Shown here piece after piece: positions 17,755 through 24,993 of a stretch of DNA of 64,000 bases. The notes below the pieces were generated by a model. The model worked only from the letters and a program-made list of their open reading frames with translations. It ran no database searches and was not told the origin of the DNA. Each line of letters begins with the position of its first letter. The stretch's first letter is position 1. The stretch spans positions 7,154 through 71,153 of the forward strand of contig DAINSU010000003.1 in the NCBI GenBank assembly GCA_036744375.1, written 5' to 3'. Origin of the DNA: Anaerolineaceae bacterium (GTDB lineage Bacteria > Chloroflexota > Anaerolineae > Anaerolineales > Anaerolineaceae). The position numbers were made by a program, and so were the translations under genes.

Positions 17755-19143
17755 TCATGCAGGGATATTACCCTTGTATAAGTCGTGGAACATTGCCAGT
17801 GGTTCAATGAATACTAATTCAATACCGCTGTGAACTGGCCCATTACGGTGTTTGGCAACCGATAATTTAGCTTTATTTCGATCAGGGCTGTCTTGTTCGG
17901 TTATATGAGGCCGGTTAATAAACATGACAATATCAGCATCCTGCTCCAAGCTGCCCGATTCACGCAAGTCGGAAAGCACCGGGTTCTTATCTTGGCGGCT
18001 TTCAATCGCGCGGGAAAGCTGTGCGGCTGCCAGGACGGGGACATCCAAGTCCCGCGCCAATCCTTTAAGGGCACGTGAGATATACGAAACCTCCTGCACG
18101 CGGTTTTCGGTGCGCACCCCGCCAGACATCAATTGTAAATAATCCACAATAACAAGATCCAGTCCTTGCTCTTTCAGGCGCATACACTTGGTATGCAATT
18201 GCATGGGGGTGATGGCAGGAGTGTCATCCACGTAGATGTGCGCTTCGCTGAGCAGCTCCAAGGCATGCATAGCCAAATCCATCTCACTGTTACTCATGCG
18301 TGCAGACCTCAGTTTTTGTGAGTCTATGCCTGTCAACTGGGCTAAAAGGCGTTCGAGCACTTGTTCTGCCGACATTTCAAGTGAAAATATCGCTACGTTA
18401 CGCTTAAGTTCCAAGCCAACATATCGGGCAATACCGGTTAAAAAACCCGTTTTTCCCATGCCTGGCCTTCCAGCAACGATAATAAAATCCGAGCGGTGCA
18501 GTCCATCAAGTACAGCATCTATTGACTTTAAGCCTGTACCCAAACCGCTTAACTCGCCTGTGTGCATGCTTTTTTCAGAAAGCCGTTCGATGAAGTCCCG
18601 GACCACATTACTAACCGGGACTAGACCGCTTTTATAGCGGCTCTCACTGATTCCGAACACCGATCGCTCTGCCATTTCAATGGTCGTATCGATGTCAAAA
18701 TCTTTACGGTAAGCCAACTTGGCAATGTCATTGGCAGAAGCGAGCAGGCGGCGGCGGACGGCTAAATCGTTTATGCTTTTGGCATAATACTCAGCGTGTA
18801 AAGAGGATGGCACGCGATTTGCTAAACCAGCGAGATAATCAATCCCACCTGTGTCATCAGCGTGATTTTGGGCAATGAGTTCATTGTGAACCGCAAGCGC
18901 ATCAATAATATGCTCAGTCGCATACAGATGTTGGAACGCTTCCCAAATATATTGATGGCTCTTATAGTAGAAATCACTTGCCTCAACGATTTGAGAAACA
19001 TCCAAATAAACATCTTGATTAATCAGGACTGCGCCTATCAGCGCTTCTTCCATCTCCCGATCAAATAGCTGCCCGGGAAGTAAATCGCCCTCACTGCTCA
19101 TATATTGATCTTGATCACTCATCCCTGCTCCTAACCCTGACAT
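17755..19143 (-). CDS. dnaB: replicative DNA helicase
   Basis: The N-terminal domain motif EEALIGAVL, Walker A GRPGMGKTGF, Walker B LVIVDYLQLM and LAAAQLSR are present. Confidence 0.95.
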   Translation of the reverse strand: MSGLGAGMSDQDQYMSSEGDLLPGQLFDREMEEALIGAVLINQDVYLDVSQIVEASDFYYKSHQYIWEAFQHLYATEHIIDALAVHNELIAQNHADDTGGIDYLAGLANRVPSSLHAEYYAKSINDLAVRRRLLASANDIAKLAYRKDFDIDTTIEMAERSVFGISESRYKSGLVPVSNVVRDFIERLSEKSMHTGELSGLGTGLKSIDAVLDGLHRSDFIIVAGRPGMGKTGFLTGIARYVGLELKRNVAIFSLEMSAEQVLERLLAQLTGIDSQKLRSARMSNSEMDLAMHALELLSEAHIYVDDTPAITPMQLHTKCMRLKEQGLDLVIVDYLQLMSGGVRTENRVQEVSYISRALKGLARDLDVPVLAAAQLSRAIESRQDKNPVLSDLRESGSLEQDADIVMFINRPHITEQDSPDRNKAKLSVAKHRNGPVHSGIELVFIEPLAMFHDLYKGNIPA

Positions 19144-19173
19144 AGCATGTGCTTAGAACACGGTAATAGGATA

Positions 19174-19764
19174 TTACTGGGGGCTAAGATCTTCACCATC
19201 CCCCTGATCCTCTGTTGGATTAATATCTTCGTCCTCATCCTCGGATTTTTCCGGTTTTTGCTTGTTCAATTGATCAAAAAAATCCTCAAATACTGAGAGG
19301 TCGCCAGGCAGCTCTGCGCTTTCGCTGCCTTCATCCAACTCTTCGGAGGTTTCAGGTTCAGGTCGGATGCCGGCACGTTCCAACACATCTTCATCCACAA
19401 ATATTGGCACACCTGTGCGGACCACAAGGGCGATCGCATCCGATGGGCGGCAATCAATCCGTTTTTGGGCGCCATTCTGATCGATGATCAAGTTGGCGTA
19501 ATAGGTATCCGACTCCAAAGTAGTGATTTCTACTGAAATCAAACGGGCATCCAATGAGCTAATCAAATTCTTCATCAGGTCATGCGTCAATGGACGCGCC
19601 GTTTCGATCTTCTGCAAGGCAATCGTGATGGATTCGAACTCAAAGAGACCTATCCATATCGGCAGGTACAGCTCATCTTCTTTATCCTTCAGCACCACAA
19701 TGCGGTCTTGATTGATCAGGCTGACTCTTACACTGTTGATGACACACTCTCTCATTTTGCCCAT
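19174..19764 (-). CDS. bifunctional nuclease (BFN/DUF151) family protein with acidic tail
   Basis: Contains the DUF151 core LPIWIG..E..I...L......RPLTHDL and RPSDAIALAV-like CRPSDAIALVVRTGVPIF. The C-terminus is Asp/Glu-rich. Confidence 0.8.
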   Translation of the reverse strand: MGKMRECVINSVRVSLINQDRIVVLKDKEDELYLPIWIGLFEFESITIALQKIETARPLTHDLMKNLISSLDARLISVEITTLESDTYYANLIIDQNGAQKRIDCRPSDAIALVVRTGVPIFVDEDVLERAGIRPEPETSEELDEGSESAELPGDLSVFEDFFDQLNKQKPEKSEDEDEDINPTEDQGDGEDLSPQ

Positions 19765-19884
19765 ATTTACTCGCTTAACTTTAATGACAACTGAAATTAG
19801 AATTTGATTCTAACACGGCATTGAATACTGTAATCCTATTTTACCACCCTGTATTTCAGCGCCCTTCGGGAATAATGAGAAGGT

Positions 19885-20276
19885 TGTAAGAGCAAAGTTA
19901 TAATGTCCTAAAGTAGCAAAATAGTAATGTCCTGATTATCAATCTTTAAATCGCTTAGTTTATAACGATCTCAAGACATAATCGCAATCCCCACCCCTTT
20001 GATTCCCCTCCCCAGCGGCTGGTTTCAGATTTAACCTGACTGACCGACGCTGGTGAGGGGAAAAATGCTTGCAGGTGAGGGCATCCTGAGATTATTCACC
20101 TTTCAGAGGCTGGAGGTGATCCATGGACAAGCGTTTTTCAGCCTATTCATGCAACATAATTGACAAGAAGAGGATGAAGGTTAAATTTCCAAAGAAAACC
20201 CATACTGACAACTTTATCCACTGAACAGGACATTTCTAAATTGCCAGCATTAGGACATTTCTAATTAGCCATAACA
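19885..20276. mobile_element. copy B of the TIR-bounded intergenic repeat (MITE-like)
   Basis: It has the same termini as copy A, and here both aatgtcct (left) and aggacattt (right) are duplicated. The internal hairpin is cccctccccagcg...cgctggtgagggg. Confidence 0.65.
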
Positions 20277-20615
20277 GGATTAATGAGAATATAATAGTCG
20301 ATAAAGTAAGGTGAACCAATGGTTTCCTTACACTAATTTCTTGTGTTACAAACATACAGCATTCCAAAATGATGGAAAGTTCGGCTCGATTGTTAATGAC
20401 CAAAGATTAATTGTGAGATGGTGGTTTTTTTTACCCTTTTTCGTCTTGGCTTCAGTTTTTTTAAGCTATAATATGAGCGCAAGCTTAAACAAAGTTTTTC
20501 GTTTTGCTAACAGGGTTTTAATAGCTTGTTTCGCTAACTCAAGGCGCACTATTGTGTTTACCTTAAAATTGGTTTAGTCATCGACTTTACCGCACCAGCT
20601 CGTAAATGAGGTATT

Positions 20616-21284
20616 TTGTTAGCAAATAATCAAGTAAAAGTTTTATGCATTGAAGGTAAAAGAAATCATAATTATGCCTTCGCCGATGAACTCGCCAAGC
20701 GGGGTTATTGGGTGAAATCTGCCAAAAATGGGACTGCGGGCTTAAATTTACTTCTAGATTTCACCCCATCGATCGTTATCATTAACGCTGCCTCGTTGCG
20801 CACAGATGGCTCCCGCATTATCAAGCGCTTTCGCAATTGCTTGCCAAAATGCCCAATTGTTTTGATTGTCCCCGATCATGCTGATTTCGCTGAGAACCCC
20901 GAAGTTAACATTGTCCTCCAGCTGCCTTTCACCGTTCAAAAGCTGATCAACCGCATGCGTCTCTTTCAGCACAATAGTGAGGAAAATATCTGCACAGTTG
21001 GGCCATTGCAACTCAATACTGCTTCAAATTTAGTTACCTATAATGGTAAAGAAACTTCCCTCACACCTCGGCTCACGCAGCTCTTACTTGAGTTGATGAA
21101 AAAACCTGGTGAGGTAGTACCCCGGGGCATCCTTTTTCAGCGAGTGTGGGAAACCAATTATATCGGCGATACGCGCACTTTAGATGTGCACATCAGCTGG
21201 CTGCGGCGCGCACTCGAGGACGATCCACATCATCCGGCGTTGATCCGAACGGTGCGCTCTGTCGGCTATAAACTTGACTTGTAA
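20616..21284 (+). CDS. OmpR/PhoB-family winged-helix regulator with degenerate (Asp-less) receiver domain
   Basis: The C-terminus LTPRLTQLLLELMKKPGEVVPRGILFQRVW...RTLDVHISWLRRAL...IRTVRSVGYKL is a classic trans_reg_C domain. The receiver-like N-terminus has N57 where the phospho-Asp is expected. The start codon is TTG. Confidence 0.8.
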   Translation: MLANNQVKVLCIEGKRNHNYAFADELAKRGYWVKSAKNGTAGLNLLLDFTPSIVIINAASLRTDGSRIIKRFRNCLPKCPIVLIVPDHADFAENPEVNIVLQLPFTVQKLINRMRLFQHNSEENICTVGPLQLNTASNLVTYNGKETSLTPRLTQLLLELMKKPGEVVPRGILFQRVWETNYIGDTRTLDVHISWLRRALEDDPHHPALIRTVRSVGYKLDL

Positions 21285-21408
21285 AAACTTTTCATTTCCC
21301 AAATAGATTTTTCAATCCCCTTCTATGGGCTTTTTTGTGCTCGCATCAATCGAAGAAAATAAAAAAGGCGGCCAGCTTTAACTGCAGCCTCTAAAAAGTC
21401 ACTTTTCT

Positions 21409-22527
21409 TTATGGAATCCCAGTGACGAGAGCTAACAAAATCCCACCGGCTATCACACTGCCTAACTGCCCAGCAGTATTAGAGCCCATCGCGTGCATGA
21501 GGATGAAGTTGGAAGGGTCTTCTTCCAATGCCATCTTGGCAGAGAGCCTCCCAGCCATCGGGAAAGCGCTAATCCCGCAAGCACCAATTAACGGATTCAC
21601 CTTGCCATGGGTAATCACTGCCATCAGCTTGCCAAAAAGCAAACCCGCTACAGTGTCAATTACAAAAGCAAGCAGCCCTAAACCTAAAATGGCTAATGTG
21701 TTCCAATTTAAGAAGCTTTCAGCAGTCATTGTGGAGCCGATAGCTAACCCTAAAAAGAGTGTGGCAATGTTGATGAGCTCATTTTGCACCATTTTACTCA
21801 GTCGCTCGACCACCAATGCCTCGCGCAGCAGGTTGCCGAGCATGAGTGCCGCCATCAACGGCGCCGCATCGGGTGCCACCAACGCCACTAACAGCGTGAC
21901 TAAGATCGGAAAAATAATCAACGTCAGACGGGAAACGGGTTTGGGGCTATATTCCATGCGGATGAGGCGTTCTTTACGCGTGGTCATCAATTTCATTATG
22001 GGCGGCTGAATGATGGGGATCAGGCTCATATAGGAATACGCTGCCACAGCGATAGGTGCCACAATTTCCGGAGCTAACTTTGTGCCTACGAAGATTGCCG
22101 TTGGTCCGTCAATGGCGCCAATCACCCCAATCGAAGCAGCCTGGTTGAGCGGAAAGCCTAAAGCTAAAGCCAAGAGCAAGGTGCCATAAATCCCAAACTG
22201 ACCAGCAGCCCCGAGCAGCACCATACTAGGCTGTGAGAGCAGCGGGCTAAAGTCTATCATTGCACCTACGCCGATAAAAATCAGCAGCGGAAAGAGCTCC
22301 GTGCTAATCCCGGCATCATAAATAACTTTCATAAAACCGACCTGGTTAGACATGCCCAAGTTCGCCATCAAGCAGCCAAACCCAATCGGCAGCAACAGCA
22401 CGGGTTCATATTCTTTGACAATGGCTAAAAAAATTAAAATCAGCCCAACGAGGATCATCACGGCATTGCCCCATGTGAATGATGCAAAACCTTTAGAGAG
22501 TTCGGTAATCAGGTTGGTCAAATCCAT
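21409..22527 (-). CDS. Na+-translocating decarboxylase beta subunit (OadB/MmdB/GcdB family)
   Basis: It is a polytopic membrane protein with family-typical segments (IGVIGAIDGPTAIF, GMSNQ). It sits in an operon with BCCP, OadG-like and carboxyltransferase genes. Confidence 0.9.
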   Translation of the reverse strand: MDLTNLITELSKGFASFTWGNAVMILVGLILIFLAIVKEYEPVLLLPIGFGCLMANLGMSNQVGFMKVIYDAGISTELFPLLIFIGVGAMIDFSPLLSQPSMVLLGAAGQFGIYGTLLLALALGFPLNQAASIGVIGAIDGPTAIFVGTKLAPEIVAPIAVAAYSYMSLIPIIQPPIMKLMTTRKERLIRMEYSPKPVSRLTLIIFPILVTLLVALVAPDAAPLMAALMLGNLLREALVVERLSKMVQNELINIATLFLGLAIGSTMTAESFLNWNTLAILGLGLLAFVIDTVAGLLFGKLMAVITHGKVNPLIGACGISAFPMAGRLSAKMALEEDPSNFILMHAMGSNTAGQLGSVIAGGILLALVTGIP

Positions 22528-22539
22528 GTTGGCAATCCT

Positions 22540-22962
22540 TTAGCTTTCGTAGGTGAACATCAACTGGTTGTGCTGAACTTGATCGCCGGTTTTTATGTGC
22601 ACTTCCGCAATCGTGCCATCCCTGCCGGCACGGATTACATTTTTCATCTTCATAGCTTCCAGCGTACAGAGTGGCTGCCCAGCCTTGACCGCATCTCCTG
22701 GCTTTACTTTAATCTCCACAATCACCCCTGGCAAAGGCGAGCGTACTTCTTGCATGGAAGCAGCGGTTTGGGTTGGAGCAGCAGCTGGCTTTGCCGCAGA
22801 AACCGCTGCAGGAACCGACTGTGCCTGTACGGGCTGTGGTGCAGTTTCCTCTGGCCAAACCTCAAAGATCTGACCATCAACCTCGGCTTTGACCGGTCTG
22901 GCATGTAAATCCTCAATTTTTACCGAATAAGTTTTCCCTGCGATGGTTACGTTGATATTCAT
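22540..22962 (-). CDS. biotin carboxyl carrier subunit (biotinyl domain, MmdC-like)
   Basis: The C-terminal biotinyl domain carries the EAMKM motif (LCTLEAMKMKNVI), preceded by an Ala/Pro-rich linker. Confidence 0.9.
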   Translation of the reverse strand: MNINVTIAGKTYSVKIEDLHARPVKAEVDGQIFEVWPEETAPQPVQAQSVPAAVSAAKPAAAPTQTAASMQEVRSPLPGVIVEIKVKPGDAVKAGQPLCTLEAMKMKNVIRAGRDGTIAEVHIKTGDQVQHNQLMFTYES

Positions 22963-23297
22963 CCTCTCCGTCCTCTAATCCCTTGGTTGATTTGCTGCAG
23001 GCGACCCGTGAGTAGCCATTGGCTGGTTGGAGCAGCGCCAGCCTTCTGCTCAATCTGCTGGCGGGCGCGCGCCTGCGTTAGGGCAAAAACCACAGCCACA
23101 GCGGCTGCTTCGGCTTTGTAATCAGTTTCAGTTGGAGGCTCCGCGGGCTGCTCAACGGCTTCTACTTCTGGTGATTTGGTGCGTGTGGTGAGCAAAACGA
23201 GGAGTGCCATAATCCCCCAGAGCGCTAAAATCATCAAAAACACCAAGCCCATGCCTATCCCAGCGATTGCTAAACCTTGTAACAAGATGTTTGTCAT
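22959..23297 (-). CDS. OadG-family small membrane subunit of the decarboxylase
   Basis: It has a single N-terminal TM segment (GLAIAGIGMGLVFLMILALWGIMALLVLL). Its stop overlaps the BCCP gene start by 4 nt. Confidence 0.75.
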   Translation of the reverse strand: MTNILLQGLAIAGIGMGLVFLMILALWGIMALLVLLTTRTKSPEVEAVEQPAEPPTETDYKAEAAAVAVVFALTQARARQQIEQKAGAAPTSQWLLTGRLQQINQGIRGRRG

Positions 23298-23308
23298 GAT
23301 GAGCTGCC

Positions 23309-24850
23309 TTAGACGGGCATATTGCCGTGTTTGCGTGCGGTGGTACTTTCCACCTTATTAGCCAGCACATCCAGCGCTTCAATGAGTTTTTGCCGCGTCT
23401 GCGCCGGCTCAATGACCTCATCGATATAGCCAGCATGCGCTGCAGCATAAGGGTTCAAGTATTTCTGGCGGTACTCTTCTTCCAAGCGCTTGCGCTCGGC
23501 TTGTGGGTCTGCTGCTGTGCTGATCTCTTTGCGGTAAAGGATATTGACCGCCCCCTCTGCCCCCATCACCGCGATTTCTGCGCTTGGCCAGGCGTAGGTA
23601 ATATCCGTGCCCAAATATTTACTGCTCATCACCACATACGCTCCACCATAGGCTTTGCGCGTCACAACGCTCACCTTAGGCACGGTGGCATTGGCGTAGG
23701 CATAGAGCACCTTGGCGCCATGGCGGATCACGCCGCGATGTTCCTGGTCGATGCCAGGCAAAAAGCCGGGTGAATCTACAAAGGTAACAATCGGCAGGTT
23801 AAAGGCGTCACAGAAGCGCACCATACGGGTGATTTTATCGGCGGAGTCGATGTCCATCACGCCAGCCATGGACTCGGGTTCCTGCGAGATGATGCCGATA
23901 GGCTTTCCATTTAGCCGTGCCAAACCCACAATCGCGTTGGTGGCAAAGCCAGCTTGCAGTTCGAGGAACGAACCAACATCAACAATTTGCGGAATGGCGG
24001 TGTGCATGCTGTAAGCTTCCTGTGGGTTTAGCGGCACCAAGCTGTTAAGCGCTTCAGCTCGCCGATATGGATCATCCTCAGGCAGAACTTGCGGGGCTTG
24101 ATCGATATTATTCGAGGGGAGATAACTGAGTACCTTCCGGCAAAGCGCGAGCGCATCCTTTTCGGTCGGGCTCACCAAATGCGCTGTGCCGCTGATGCCT
24201 AAATGCACATCGGCACCACCCAACGACTCAAAGTCCACATCTTCACCGGTTACGGTTTTGATAACCTGCGGACCGGTCAGGAACATATAGGATTGCTTTT
24301 GCACCATGATGATCAGGTCAGTGAGCGCTGGGGAATACGCTGCTCCGCCGGCACATGGTCCCATAATCAAGCTGATTTGCGGCACCACGCCAGAATACTG
24401 TGCATTGCGGCGGAAAATCTCGGCATATCCGCCTAAGCTCTTGACTCCTTCCTGAATGCGCGCACCACCTGAGTCGATCAGCCCGATGATCGGGCAGCCG
24501 TTCTTGGCAGCCAAGTCCATCACCCGGCAGATTTTTCGGCTGTGCATTTCACCCAAGGCTCCACCTTGCACCGTGAAATCCTGGGCATAGACGTAAACCG
24601 TGCGTCCATCGATCTTGCCATACCCGGTTACGACGCCATCGCCCAGGGGGCTTTCGGCTTGGGGGTCATTTTGCTGAACCACCAGGCTTTCAAGTTCTCT
24701 AAAAGTGCCAGCATCCAGCAGTAAGTCCAGGCGCTCGCGGGCAGTGAGATAGCCTTTGGCGTGCTGTCTATCGATACGCTCTTGCCTGCCGCCAAGTTTG
24801 GCTTGTGCCTGAATCTGTTTGAGTTTTTCTAATCGGGGGTCTTCAGACAT
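23309..24850 (-). CDS. methylmalonyl-CoA decarboxylase alpha subunit / acyl-CoA carboxyltransferase
   Basis: The carboxyl-transferase family signature runs throughout (GGARIQEG, GPCAGGAAYSPALTD, VRKAYGGAYVVM). Confidence 0.92.
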   Translation of the reverse strand: MSEDPRLEKLKQIQAQAKLGGRQERIDRQHAKGYLTARERLDLLLDAGTFRELESLVVQQNDPQAESPLGDGVVTGYGKIDGRTVYVYAQDFTVQGGALGEMHSRKICRVMDLAAKNGCPIIGLIDSGGARIQEGVKSLGGYAEIFRRNAQYSGVVPQISLIMGPCAGGAAYSPALTDLIIMVQKQSYMFLTGPQVIKTVTGEDVDFESLGGADVHLGISGTAHLVSPTEKDALALCRKVLSYLPSNNIDQAPQVLPEDDPYRRAEALNSLVPLNPQEAYSMHTAIPQIVDVGSFLELQAGFATNAIVGLARLNGKPIGIISQEPESMAGVMDIDSADKITRMVRFCDAFNLPIVTFVDSPGFLPGIDQEHRGVIRHGAKVLYAYANATVPKVSVVTRKAYGGAYVVMSSKYLGTDITYAWPSAEIAVMGAEGAVNILYRKEISTAADPQAERKRLEEEYRQKYLNPYAAAHAGYIDEVIEPAQTRQKLIEALDVLANKVESTTARKHGNMPV

Positions 24851-24993
24851 GCATCTCCTTAATTATGATTAAAAAATATGCCGCATTGCAGGTAAGTGTC
24901 AATGGGCAAGTCATACGACCATTGTAACATTTTTAACAAATAATGGTGGTCTTTTATGGCGTCCGTCATCTTTGCATCAGCCGCTTCGATCAG

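Noticed and set aside
17745-17807. Longer DnaD-like ORF start at 17807, overlapping dnaB by 53 nt.
   Set aside because: ATG 17744 follows the dnaB stop by 10 nt and has a gaagg SD. The extension (MNHWQCSTTYTRVISLHDRRH) looks non-native.
20311-20577. 88-aa ORF upstream of the response-regulator gene.
   Set aside because: The region is AT-rich and contains a tataat promoter box in its middle. The start codon is GTG with no SD. The peptide is low-complexity and hydrophobic with no motif. It is more likely promoter and 5' UTR.
21285-21408. Terminator downstream of the decarboxylase beta-subunit gene, around aaaaaaggcggccagctttaactgcagcc.
   Set aside because: A T-run exists on the minus strand, but I could not draw a convincing stem of at least 6 bp, so it is not reported as a feature.
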